A stretch of 64,000 nt of DNA from Escherichia phage Ec_MI-02. Position 1 is the first letter of the stretch, and every line of letters starts with the position of its first letter. Shown here piece after piece: positions 35,391 to 43,987 of the stretch. The translations under genes and the position numbers were made by a program. Location: the sequence record OP856590.1, one strand, 5' to 3'. Under the pieces are notes generated by a model, which did no database searches, was not told where the DNA came from, and worked only from the letters and a program-made list of their open reading frames with translations.

Positions 35391-35892
35391 TATTTTTAAT
35401 TTTACAAATTCGTTCAGCTTCTTCAACGGCGGCGGCGATAATGCTTTTAGCTATAGGAGTACTAATACTAGTAGCTTTTACACTTAACACGATTTCTTTA
35501 TCTTTACTAGGCCAACCCCATGATTTTTCACCATGAGTGCCTTTAATTACAGCAGACACCTCAAGTGAGCATCCACTGTCACATGTTTTTACATTAACAA
35601 CCCAAGGGTCACTTTTCTCAACCGATTTCTCAGCCGGTTTATCCCAGTAAATATTAAGAATACGTGGGACATCAAATTTAGCAGGGCAAATCTTAACTGT
35701 AAGACCTTCGCTTTCTAGCCAATTAATAAGAGGGCGTTCATACATGCGGCGATGTGGGCTTTGGACTCGACAAGCCTTGTGCCCATTGCTTGCGGCTTCA
35801 CTAAGCTGTTCTAATACCTGTTTTTGCATTATTGATAAGATATCATCAAAAGATTTTTCGGAAGTTTCATTCAGTTCGGTATAAAGAGACAT
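35362..35892 (-). CDS. Hypothetical protein
   Basis: ORF track starts at TTG 35907; ATG at 35892 with GAGGAAAA RBS gives 176 aa. Confidence 0.6.
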   Translation of the reverse strand: MSLYTELNETSEKSFDDILSIMQKQVLEQLSEAASNGHKACRVQSPHRRMYERPLINWLESEGLTVKICPAKFDVPRILNIYWDKPAEKSVEKSDPWVVNVKTCDSGCSLEVSAVIKGTHGEKSWGWPSKDKEIVLSVKATSISTPIAKSIIAAAVEEAERICKIKNSLHLLNSMI

Positions 35893-35948
35893 AACGGTTT
35901 TCCTCAAATTGTAGGCTCATAATATCTCAATCATGAGCCTATGTAAAC

Positions 35949-36212
35949 TTATTTCATATTATTGAAATATTCTTCTGCGATTTCGTCGTTATCGTGGTAA
36001 ACTTTAGAAGACAGTTTAACATAACCTTCTGCTGTGAACATGTTAATCACAACCTTTACAGTATACCACTGTCCGTCTTCATTACCCATTACTGCGTAAG
36101 TTTCAAACATCGGATGGTCAGGACCGATAACTTTAATATCATTCACTGTACGACCGAAATCTTCTGAAACACATTTCATAAAGAAGTTGAACAGTTCGCC
36201 GTAATTATCCAT
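35949..36212 (-). CDS. Hypothetical protein
   Basis: ORF track 35949..36266 runs into a promoter; ATG at 36212 with GGAGA RBS gives 88 aa MDNYGELFNFFMKCVSEDFGR... Confidence 0.55.
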   Translation of the reverse strand: MDNYGELFNFFMKCVSEDFGRTVNDIKVIGPDHPMFETYAVMGNEDGQWYTVKVVINMFTAEGYVKLSSKVYHDNDEIAEEYFNNMK

Positions 36213-36256
36213 TTCATTCTCCAAGTTGTTTTTCTGTATCAGTAGTTGATAGTTGT

Positions 36257-36286
36257 ATAGTACCATGGAAGAACAGGGATGTAAAT
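36257..36286 (-). promoter_or_regulatory. T4-type early promoter
   Basis: Minus strand TTTACA-17 bp-TGG TACTAT. Confidence 0.5.
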
Positions 36287-36420
36287 AGTTTTGTGAAAAA
36301 ATTTTTAAAAAGTTTTAGGGAATTCTAGGGAAGGGAGGGGCAATTAAAAGGTAGGATAATATATTATAAAGGGTATAAACTAAATGATGCCTAGAGAGGC
36401 CAAGAAAGGCCTAGATACCA

Positions 36421-36444
36421 AAAACCCCAACCTTTTGGTCGGGG
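36421..36444 (-). terminator. Rho-independent terminator
   Basis: Minus strand CCCCGACC-AAAA-GGUUGGGG followed by UUUU, just after the stop of the 36454..36927 gene. Confidence 0.6.
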
Positions 36445-36453
36445 CTAAGAATG

Positions 36454-36927
36454 TTATTTGATTTGTTTAGCAGACCAAATGCGGTCTTTAATAATTTTTT
36501 GGATGTCTTCAACATACTCAAGAGAGTGAACATGCGGATTATCTTTGAAACTATAAGCACGGGCTAGCTTTTGGCCTTCGGTTTTGATTACTAAAAGCTC
36601 TTTAAGGATAGCTTCATATTTAGAGATAATTCCTTTAACGATATTTTTTTCTTGTGCAGCTTTAGGATCTGCTTTAGGAGCAGGTTTACCCGAAGCCTTT
36701 GCAAAAGCAGCGCCAGTAGCAACTAAACTTTTCCAGGCCATACTAACTGCATTTCCCGTAAATCCTTCTGCTTTCATGTCGCGAGCAAATTGGAATCGTG
36801 ATTCGTCAGAAGCATCTTTATAGGAATATTTACCCGCTGCAATGGCTGCTTTTGCGACAGCTTGAATTTCGGTGCTAGATGCTTCATTTAACACCGCTTC
36901 ATTTAAAAATTGAGCATATGATTTCAT
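36454..36927 (-). CDS. Internal-protein-like head protein with capsid targeting sequence
   Basis: 157 aa; N-terminus MKSYAQFLNEA fits the T4 internal-protein targeting motif (MK[ST]Y.[EQ]F[IL].EA); alanine/lysine-rich; TATAAATA late promoter upstream. Confidence 0.6.
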   Translation of the reverse strand: MKSYAQFLNEAVLNEASSTEIQAVAKAAIAAGKYSYKDASDESRFQFARDMKAEGFTGNAVSMAWKSLVATGAAFAKASGKPAPKADPKAAQEKNIVKGIISKYEAILKELLVIKTEGQKLARAYSFKDNPHVHSLEYVEDIQKIIKDRIWSAKQIK

Positions 36928-36967
36928 CTTATTTCCTGTTTTAATTCGTGGATTTAATATACTACTA

Positions 36968-36975
36968 TATTTATA
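36968..36975 (-). promoter_or_regulatory. Late promoter
   Basis: TATAAATA on the minus strand (plus TATTTATA) about 35 nt upstream of the ATG at 36927. Confidence 0.55.
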
Positions 36976-36977
36976 CT

Positions 36978-37004
36978 AAAAAGCCCCAACCTTTCGGTCG
37001 GGGC
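36978..37004 (-). terminator. Rho-independent terminator closing the tRNA/stable-RNA cluster
   Basis: Minus strand GCCCCGACC-GAAA-GGUUGGGGC followed by UUUUU. Confidence 0.65.
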
Positions 37005-37049
37005 TAAGCCTTGCGGTAACCTTGTCGGGGTTCCACCTGCTAAGGCAAG

Positions 37050-37320
37050 TGTTTGTACGAAACGCCGGGATTCGAACCCGGTTATTAAGCAGTTGACGCT
37101 ACTCAATATTTTTAAAAGGCCATATCTCGACCATATCCGAACGTTCCGTCAAAAACGCTACTCGGCTTACGGCAAAGATATTTCCTCGAATCGATAATTC
37201 TGCGCGCCGTTTCAGCTGTGATGTAAGGGGACATTAACAGATCGTAAAGATTTGATAATGTCAGTCCTTACTCAGGGAACATCAGTCCGACGACTTACCG
37301 GTAGCGACCCGGTTTCTTGT
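37050..37320 (-). ncRNA. Putative stable small RNA(s), position analogous to T4 RNA species 1 and 2
   Basis: About 270 nt with no ORF between tRNA-Arg and the terminator; contains a tRNA-like T-arm (CCGGGTTCGAATCCCGG) but no complete cloverleaf that I could fold. Confidence 0.35.
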
Positions 37321-37321
37321 T

Positions 37322-37397
37322 TGGTCGAGGCAGTAGGGATCGAACCTACGACCTAGGACTTAGAAGGTCCTTGCTCTTCCTTCTGAGCTATGCCTCG
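37322..37397 (-). tRNA. tRNA-Arg (anticodon UCU)
   Basis: Hand-folded 76 nt: acceptor CGAGGCA/UGCCUCG, D-arm GCUC..GAGC, anticodon loop CUUCUAA, T-arm GUAGG-UUCGAUC-CCUAC, encoded CCA. Confidence 0.8.
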
Positions 37398-37401
37398 TAT
37401 T

Positions 37402-37476
37402 TGGCGGACGTGATAGGATTCGAACCTATAACCAATCGCTTAACAGGCGATCGCTCTGCCATTGAGCTACACATCC
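37402..37476 (-). tRNA. tRNA-Asn (anticodon GUU)
   Basis: Hand-folded 75 nt: acceptor GGAUGUG/CACGUCC, anticodon stem AUCGC/GCGAU, loop CUGUUAA, T-arm AUAGG-UUCGAAU-CCUAU, encoded CCA. Confidence 0.7.
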
Positions 37477-37480
37477 AAAT

Positions 37481-37567
37481 TGGTGGGGAGTGATGGAGTC
37501 GAACCACCCGAGTCGCAATGACAATGGATTTACAGTCCACACCGCTACCTCTACGGGATAACTCCCC
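37481..37567 (-). tRNA. tRNA-Tyr (anticodon GUA), long variable arm
   Basis: Hand-folded 87 nt: acceptor GGGGAGU/ACUCCCC, anticodon stem GUGGA/UCCAU, loop CUGUAAA, long variable arm, T-loop UUCGACU, encoded CCA. Confidence 0.7.
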
Positions 37568-37579
37568 TAATTCTTAATT

Positions 37580-37654
37580 TGGTGGCCCTGGGTGGAATTG
37601 AACCACCATCTGGCGATTATGAGTCGCTTGCTTGAACCTTCCAGCTACAGGGCC
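37580..37654 (-). tRNA. tRNA with CAU anticodon (Ile-lysidine type or Met)
   Basis: Hand-folded 75 nt: acceptor GGCCCUG/CAGGGCC, anticodon loop CUCAUAA, T-arm GGUGG-UUCAAUU-CCACC, CCA; D-arm somewhat irregular. Confidence 0.6.
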
Positions 37655-37662
37655 AAATTTTC

Positions 37663-38145
37663 TTATTTTATGTAATATTTATTTAAAAACTTTCTAGCTT
37701 GAGTATGGCTAACATTTATAGCGTTTGCATAATTTTTAATAAAACCTCGTTCATCCATATTAAAATTTTCTAATATTTTTAATCGTCTAGTTATCTCATC
37801 TTGACTTAAGGTACTTGCATTATTTTTAGAAATTTTTTCTAAGGACTGTGCCGAGTGTTTTCGACCATTAAAATTAAAATTTTTAGATTTTGGAGGAAAT
37901 CTAGCATTTAATCTCGCATCTTTTGTATTTTGATTATTAGTTGCGCAATATATGTTATTTAATGAATATGGTCCTTTATCGCCGAAACGGCACATGCAGT
38001 ATTCATGACCCTTTCTTCCGCGCTTATCATAATTTCCCGTTGATTTCCACCAATGCAGCCATTCATCAAAAGTTAAATTCCATTCAATGTTTCTACGTAT
38101 AGCAGAATTCCGCTGAGAAATATATTTTGCATAATCTTCTTTCAT
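37663..38145 (-). CDS. Hypothetical protein inside the tRNA cluster, possible HNH(HNN)-type endonuclease
   Basis: ORF track starts at GTG 38148; ATG at 38145 gives 160 aa; segment GHEYCMCRFGDKGPYSLNNIYCATNNQN resembles an H-N-N nuclease core; same position as segB in T4. Confidence 0.45.
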   Translation of the reverse strand: MKEDYAKYISQRNSAIRRNIEWNLTFDEWLHWWKSTGNYDKRGRKGHEYCMCRFGDKGPYSLNNIYCATNNQNTKDARLNARFPPKSKNFNFNGRKHSAQSLEKISKNNASTLSQDEITRRLKILENFNMDERGFIKNYANAINVSHTQARKFLNKYYIK

Positions 38146-38192
38146 CACAAATTTCTCTACTTATTCAATACACTGAGCTAAATCAGCAAAAC

Positions 38193-38282
38193 TGGCGGAG
38201 GCGATAGGATTTGAACCTATGAGTCGCCGGAGCGACTGCCGGTTTTCAAGACCGGTGCATTAAACCACTCTGCCACGCCTCC
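38193..38282 (-). tRNA. tRNA-Ser (anticodon UGA), long variable arm
   Basis: Hand-folded 90 nt: acceptor GGAGGCG/CGCCUCC, anticodon stem CCGGU/ACCGG, loop CUUGAAA, long variable arm, T-loop UUCAAAU, CCA. Confidence 0.8.
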
Positions 38283-38284
38283 AG

Positions 38285-38358
38285 TCTCCGCGGCAGGATT
38301 TGAACCTGCGACATTCTGCTCCCAAAGCAGACGCTCTACCAAACTGAGCTACACGGAG
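38285..38358 (-). tRNA. tRNA-Pro (anticodon UGG)
   Basis: Hand-folded 74 nt: acceptor CUCCGUG/CGCGGAG, anticodon loop UUUGGGA, T-arm GCAGG-UUCAAAU-CCUGC; no CCA; 2 nt from tRNA-Ser as in the T4 Pro-Ser dimer. Confidence 0.8.
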
Positions 38359-38368
38359 TAAATTAAAT

Positions 38369-38442
<74 letters not shown>

Positions 38443-38447
38443 AAATT

Positions 38448-38534
38448 TGGTGCGAGAAGTGGGACTCGAACCCACAAGGAAATCATTCCGCAGCATTTTA
38501 AGTGCTGTGCCTTTACCAATTTGACCATTCTCGC
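38448..38534 (-). tRNA. tRNA-Leu (anticodon UAA), long variable arm
   Basis: Hand-folded 87 nt: acceptor GCGAGAA/UUCUCGC, anticodon stem CAGCA/UGCUG, loop CUUAAAA, long variable arm, T-loop UUCGAGU, CCA. Confidence 0.8.
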
Positions 38535-38535
38535 G

Positions 38536-38608
38536 CTGGGAATAAAGGACTCGAACCTTTGCATCCTGGAATCAAAATCCAGTGCCTTACCAACTTGGCT
38601 AATTCCCA
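38536..38608 (-). tRNA. tRNA-Gln (anticodon UUG)
   Basis: Hand-folded 73 nt: acceptor UGGGAAU/AUUCCCA, anticodon stem CUGGA/UCCAG, loop UUUUGAU, T-loop UUCGAGU; no CCA; abuts tRNA-Leu as in the T4 Gln-Leu dimer. Confidence 0.8.
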
Positions 38609-38677
38609 ATTATTAACAAAGGCTCTTAAGCAAGAACCCTTGATGATAGAGGGTATTAATCAGTGCGATATGAGTTA

Positions 38678-38704
38678 ATAATAACAAATAATTCTTAAAG
38701 CATA
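38678..38704 (-). promoter_or_regulatory. Possible MotA-dependent middle promoter upstream of the tRNA cluster
   Basis: Minus strand ATGCTTTAA (MotA-box-like TGCTTTA) followed 12 nt later by TATTAT; spacing slightly shorter than consensus. Confidence 0.3.
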
Positions 38705-38705
38705 T

Positions 38706-38993
38706 TTACCATTTATGATAATACATATTTACGATGCATTCAAGACCCAAAGGATTCTTGAAAATATCATATTCAAGAGGACCTTTTTCTGTTTCGATAA
38801 AGAAATCAAAATTTACTGTATTAAATTTACGGTCTTCCTTCACTAATTTAACTTGTGAAGATGAACGGTCAATGTAAACCTTTTCAACTTCAAAATATGT
38901 TAAAATACCATAATCATCAATCAAAGCTTTAGCCGCGTCTTGATCGTATTTATATCCATTTTCAATGGATGATACTTTAGCATAAAGAATCAT
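38706..38993 (-). CDS. Hypothetical protein
   Basis: 95-aa ORF with ATG start, immediately upstream of the tRNA cluster. Confidence 0.55.
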   Translation of the reverse strand: MILYAKVSSIENGYKYDQDAAKALIDDYGILTYFEVEKVYIDRSSSQVKLVKEDRKFNTVNFDFFIETEKGPLEYDIFKNPLGLECIVNMYYHKW

Positions 38994-38995
38994 TA

Positions 38996-39376
38996 TCAGC
39001 CTTCATCAACAATAGTGTGAGTATTGGCATTTACAATTTGCCACCAATCAAAGCGATTAGAACCATAATCTGGTTTGTTTTCATTTTCTTTGATAATGTC
39101 ACGGAGTTCATCTTCAGTGGCGGCTTTCGCGATTAAATCAGCATATCCACCACGAGGATAATAATTATCACCTGCAAAAAGTAAAAAGTTTGGTTTAATG
39201 TTATTGAACTCTTCAAGAGTAATAACTTTTCCTGACGGTTGAACAATCTCTACATATTTATATCCCAATTTTTGAGCAGCATCTACTGCTTTAAGCAAAG
39301 TATCATGAGCCCATCCAATTTGACAACCTGGCTTTTCAGATGGATTAGCCTGATAATCCGCATACACTTTGTACAT
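38996..39376 (-). CDS. Hypothetical protein
   Basis: ORF track 38996..39415; ATG at 39376 with GGTGA RBS, adjacent to the upstream stop, gives 126 aa. Confidence 0.55.
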   Translation of the reverse strand: MYKVYADYQANPSEKPGCQIGWAHDTLLKAVDAAQKLGYKYVEIVQPSGKVITLEEFNNIKPNFLLFAGDNYYPRGGYADLIAKAATEDELRDIIKENENKPDYGSNRFDWWQIVNANTHTIVDEG

Positions 39377-39377
39377 T

Positions 39378-39563
39378 CTATTCACCTTTAGAAATTTTAT
39401 CCATAACGATAGCAATTAAACCAATTAAAAATGCTACTACAAGTGAAAAAACATTTTCTGCTGTAGTCAATAATCCGCATATAAATCCAACAAACATTGA
39501 AAAACTAAAAGCAGAAGCAGAAATTGCAATAGCAACATTTCGAATTAATTCACAGCGTTTCAT
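39378..39563 (-). CDS. Small membrane protein
   Basis: 61 aa, ATG start, two hydrophobic helices; downstream of early promoter 39593..39622. Confidence 0.5.
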   Translation of the reverse strand: MKRCELIRNVAIAISASAFSFSMFVGFICGLLTTAENVFSLVVAFLIGLIAIVMDKISKGE

Positions 39564-39592
39564 TTTATTCTCCTCAGTAGTTGATAGGGTAA

Positions 39593-39622
39593 TAGTATCA
39601 CAACTAAAACCCTATGTAAACA
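39593..39622 (-). promoter_or_regulatory. T4-type early promoter
   Basis: Minus strand GTTTACA-17 bp-TGA TACTAT. Confidence 0.55.
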
Positions 39623-39633
39623 ACTTTGTGAAA

Positions 39634-39891
39634 TTATTTTAAATCTTCTAATCGTTTCTTCATCTTAGAACCATTTTTAGCAATTTCTCCTGCATCTGAG
39701 CATAATGCTAAAAGTGCTTTAACTTTAGTTTGGTCTCCTTTAAAAGATGAAGGATCGACTGCAGCAGCAAGTTCTTTAATACGAGAGAAAAGACGCTCAG
39801 CTTCAGCTAAAGCCATTCCAAGCTTTACTTCCATACCATGAGAAGATTCAGTAATAGTAGTTTTTGTAGCAAACTCTTTGAAAGTTTTCAT
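39634..39891 (-). CDS. Internal-protein-like small head protein (ipI position)
   Basis: 85 aa; N-terminus MKTFKEFATK resembles the internal-protein capsid targeting sequence; lies next to 57B where ipI sits in T4. Confidence 0.5.
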   Translation of the reverse strand: MKTFKEFATKTTITESSHGMEVKLGMALAEAERLFSRIKELAAAVDPSSFKGDQTKVKALLALCSDAGEIAKNGSKMKKRLEDLK

Positions 39892-39921
39892 TTTATTTTC
39901 CTAATTAATTTTGATGAGATA

Positions 39922-39951
39922 ATAGTATCACTACCTCATCAGCATGTAAAC
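39922..39951 (-). promoter_or_regulatory. T4-type early promoter
   Basis: Minus strand GTTTACA-17 bp-TGA TACTAT, about 30 nt upstream of the ATG at 39891. Confidence 0.55.
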
Positions 39952-39963
39952 AACTTTGTGAAA

Positions 39964-40660
<697 letters not shown>

Positions 40661-40661
<1 letters not shown>

Positions 40662-41386
40662 TATAGTACCTTTAGTGTATTTTTAATTTTAGAAAAAAGT
40701 TCTTCAAGAGAACCATCGTTTGTAATTACTAAATCGCCATCACGAATTGGCAATCCAGCTTCTGTAATATGTGTATCATTGGATTTTTGACCAGGACGAA
40801 CTACATGAATTACTGTAGCACCCATCGCCCTAGCCGCATCCATTTCATGATCTTGACGAGTATCAGGAACGATATAATAATCATAACCTGAGTTAAATTT
40901 ATCAAGATAATCTAAAGCAAATAATTTTACCCAATACATGCGGTCGAAGTTATTAACAATCAAATCCGTACCTAGGGCTTGCATCAGACGACGGACTGAC
41001 CATTGATCTTCAATATTATTTATAACGTCAATAATCTTGTTAAATGCTACGGAATTAACTGATTCTTGTCCTTCGTCATCAAAAACAAACACGCCTTTAA
41101 TTGGGCTTTTACTATTAAGATAGCAAAATGCTTGTTCCATAATCGTAATTACTTCTAATTTAGTCAGATTTAAATTAGTCTCACGATCATAGTCAATTCC
41201 TTCAAACTCTTTACGAGTTAAGCAAGGATAGTCAGTGTTTGCTGCAAATACGCCCCATGCATAAGCCAATGCATCTTTAATAGGACCAGCAAGTTGATAT
41301 TTAGCTGCAGAATAATTATTCATGATAAAATCTGCAGTAGTATCTTTTCCACTACGCTTTACACCACTTAAAAAGATTAGTTTCAT
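40661..41386 (-). CDS. 1: Deoxynucleoside monophosphate kinase
   Basis: 241 aa MKLIFLSGVKRSGKDTTADFIMNNY... with P-loop GVKRSGKDT; matches T4 gp1 length. Confidence 0.95.
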
Positions 41387-41435
41387 ATGTTTCTCCTCAA
41401 ATTTAGTTAAGATTATAACACATGAAACTGAAGCA

Positions 41436-41966
41436 TTAAACTTCTGCTATAATTTTGCCATCTTTTTCTACTTGAAAATACGTATAAGGAATCGTTGCTG
41501 TGCATACTAAAGCTGGGTCTGAATCTTCCGTGTAGCTAAATTCTACTTCAGACAGGTCAGAAACCCAGGGCTTATAAAAATTTATTGACATCACGATTTC
41601 AGTTTTACTATTATCTAAAATGTAAAGCGTAATGTATTCAGGACCTGTTTTTTGGGCAGTATTTTCGCCTGTAAGATAGTTACTAGTTCCTAGCATCCAT
41701 TCATACATTCCTATCCACGACTTAAGCTCTTCATCAACTATAAATCTCACGATGAGTGGATCGTACTCAAATGTAACTCCTGGACGCTGTGCTCGGCCTA
41801 GTCCAAACGGCCCAGTCACGGTATCAGTAACAGGTATTCTAATTCCTGGAATAGGAACTGACTGAGCATTTAAAGTAAAAGCAGATGTAGTATTACTATG
41901 TGGTATTGATACTACAAAGTTAGTTGTATTTGCTTGGTTAAAAATTTGTTGCAGTGCTTGCGACAT
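41436..41966 (-). CDS. 3: Tail tube terminator/completion protein gp3
   Basis: ORF track starts at TTG 42047; ATG at 41966 with GAGGA RBS gives 176 aa (MSQALQQIFNQ...), the T4 gp3 length. Confidence 0.9.
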   Translation of the reverse strand: MSQALQQIFNQANTTNFVVSIPHSNTTSAFTLNAQSVPIPGIRIPVTDTVTGPFGLGRAQRPGVTFEYDPLIVRFIVDEELKSWIGMYEWMLGTSNYLTGENTAQKTGPEYITLYILDNSKTEIVMSINFYKPWVSDLSEVEFSYTEDSDPALVCTATIPYTYFQVEKDGKIIAEV

Positions 41967-42072
41967 ATATTCCTCATAATGCTTTATAAATGTTGGTGGT
42001 ATAATGGGTCTAAGTCCCTTCCATTCAATTCCAATTAGAACAAACAATAGAAAAGAATGGAAGATAATAGAA

Positions 42073-42897
42073 TTAGATATTTGACCAGACTTTGTTTGCA
42101 GAGAAACGTTTTCCTTTTGAAACGAACTGCTGAAGTGGCATTAACACAACGTTCGCCCAGTCTTTCGGGGCGATTTCAACAAGGCTACCCATGATATTAC
42201 CGGGTATATATGCCTTAATCATTTGATCTGCACCCCTAAATCCTTTCACTTGACTCCAATCAATTTTTAATTTCGTTTTATTAGTAATAGTAGGTGTATT
42301 TGAATATTGCTTTAAAAGCTCTTCTAGAAATTGCTGACGAGCTTTAGGTGGAATATAGTGCAAGTTCAATCCGTACATTAAATTATGTTTACCTAAACCA
42401 AGGTAAATTATCAAAGGAAATTTATCCCAGTAAGGAAGAGTTTCCTTGTGTTTAGCATCATAAGCAAAAGCATATATTCGTCCCGGCTGCGGGCGAACAA
42501 CTTTATGTCCTTTTACTTGCTTAATAGTTTCAGCAAACCACTTTCTGGTTTTATTATTAATTGCTGCACCTTCATTACGAATTTTATCACGCAATGTTTG
42601 CCTGAATGAATTTATCATAAGCAGTTGTCTTTCTTGCTTATTGAGTTTATTCATTGGTTTTGATTCAAGCTTTTGAATCTTTTCGGCTGTTTTAATTCCT
42701 GAAGCATATTTTGACATTGCCGAAGTAAACGTAGAGTATTTGATTCCTCTTTCTTCAGCAAATTGCTTTCCTGTCATTCCTTTTGCTTTGGCCTTTTTAT
42801 ATTCAAGACCTATCTGAATCCATTTCTTTTCGTTTAATGATTGCTTAACCTTTGGAACTTGGGGAGTGCTTTCATTAATTATTTGAAAAATAGCCAT
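42073..42897 (-). CDS. 2: DNA end protector protein gp2
   Basis: 274 aa, ATG start; length and position match T4 gp2. Confidence 0.9.
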   Translation of the reverse strand: MAIFQIINESTPQVPKVKQSLNEKKWIQIGLEYKKAKAKGMTGKQFAEERGIKYSTFTSAMSKYASGIKTAEKIQKLESKPMNKLNKQERQLLMINSFRQTLRDKIRNEGAAINNKTRKWFAETIKQVKGHKVVRPQPGRIYAFAYDAKHKETLPYWDKFPLIIYLGLGKHNLMYGLNLHYIPPKARQQFLEELLKQYSNTPTITNKTKLKIDWSQVKGFRGADQMIKAYIPGNIMGSLVEIAPKDWANVVLMPLQQFVSKGKRFSANKVWSNI

Positions 42898-43349
42898 TAT
42901 GCCCCCTTAAAGCCAAGAGCTCGTAATCCATCTTCTGTTAGAATTCTAAATTTTATTCCACGCTTTTCAGCTAAAGCTTGCGCTGCTTTCCATTTGTCAG
43001 TATTAACGGAATATGTATAAATTTCATTCATAAATCTTTTCTTCGCTGCAGTTGTTAGATGTGCTGGTTTAACTGGTGGTTGTGTTTCTTTTTTAGGTTT
43101 TATTTCAATAAAAAATTCTTGTCCAGAAGAATCTTTCATCCAAATATCCATGAAGTATCTACGTTTTTTCCCTTCTGCATTACAAAAATAAGGAATTACT
43201 GCTGTTTCACTACCCCATGCAATAATTTCTGGATTTTTATCTAACCATTCAAAAAAGAATTTTTCCCAATTTGATCTATACGTAATTTTTTTAGGGTCAC
43301 CTCTATATTTTGATATATTTTTAGGAACCCATTTTCCAGAATATGCCAT
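42897..43349 (-). CDS. 4: Head completion protein gp4
   Basis: 150 aa, ATG start; length and position match T4 gp4; minus-strand late promoter upstream. Confidence 0.9.
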   Translation of the reverse strand: MAYSGKWVPKNISKYRGDPKKITYRSNWEKFFFEWLDKNPEIIAWGSETAVIPYFCNAEGKKRRYFMDIWMKDSSGQEFFIEIKPKKETQPPVKPAHLTTAAKKRFMNEIYTYSVNTDKWKAAQALAEKRGIKFRILTEDGLRALGFKGA

Positions 43350-43360
43350 TGGATTCTCCT

Positions 43361-43383
43361 TATAAATAGATAATATATTTATA
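43361..43383. promoter_or_regulatory. Divergent late promoter pair (gene 53 on plus, gene 4 on minus)
   Basis: Plus-strand TATAAATA at 43361..43368 and minus-strand TATAAATA (plus TATTTATA) at 43376..43383 in the 47-bp gap between the divergent genes 4 and 53. Confidence 0.6.
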
Positions 43384-43396
43384 AACAGGAGGGCCC

Positions 43397-43987
43397 ATGC
43401 TCTTTACATTTTTTGATCCGATTGAATATGCGGCCAAAACGGTGAATAAAAACGCGCCGACTATTCCTATGACAGATATTTTTAGAAACTATAAAGACTA
43501 TTTCAAACGTGCTCTTGCGGGATACCGCTTACGTACTTATTATATTAAAGGTTCACCACGCCCGGAAGAATTAGCAAATGCTATATATGGAAATCCGCAG
43601 CTGTATTGGGTTTTATTGATGTGTAATGATAATTATGATCCGTATTATGGATGGATTACTTCGCAAGAAGCTGCTTATCAAGCATCTATACAAAAATACA
43701 AAAACGTAGGTGGAGACCAAATAGTATATCATGTGAATGAAAACGGTGAAAAATTTTATAATTTAGTATCATATGATGATAATCCATATGTTTGGTATGA
43801 TAAAGGCGATAAAGCTAGAAAATATCCTCAATATGAAGGAGCACTTGCTGCGGTCGATACGTATGAAGCTGCTGTTCTTGAAAATGAAAAACTTCGTCAA
43901 ATAAAAATAATAGCAAAATCAGACATCAATTCATTTATGAACGACCTTATACGTATAATGGAGAAATCTTATGGAAATGATAAGTAA
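43397..43987 (+). CDS. 53: Baseplate wedge protein gp53
   Basis: 196 aa, GGAGG RBS; length and position match T4 gp53; 17-nt overlap with gene 5. Confidence 0.9.
   Translation: MLFTFFDPIEYAAKTVNKNAPTIPMTDIFRNYKDYFKRALAGYRLRTYYIKGSPRPEELANAIYGNPQLYWVLLMCNDNYDPYYGWITSQEAAYQASIQKYKNVGGDQIVYHVNENGEKFYNLVSYDDNPYVWYDKGDKARKYPQYEGALAAVDTYEAAVLENEKLRQIKIIAKSDINSFMNDLIRIMEKSYGNDK

Noticed and set aside
36340-36420. Short plus-strand ORF MMPREAKKGLDTKNPNLLVGAKNVI in the non-coding spacer
   Set aside because: Only 25 codons, no RBS, opposite to the local transcription direction, and it overlaps the minus-strand terminator hairpin.
37136-37320. Attempt to fold additional tRNAs (e.g. Thr or Ile) from the sequence after tRNA-Arg
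   Set aside because: No acceptor/T-arm pairings consistent with a cloverleaf could be built by hand; the interval is kept only as a low-confidence stable-RNA region.
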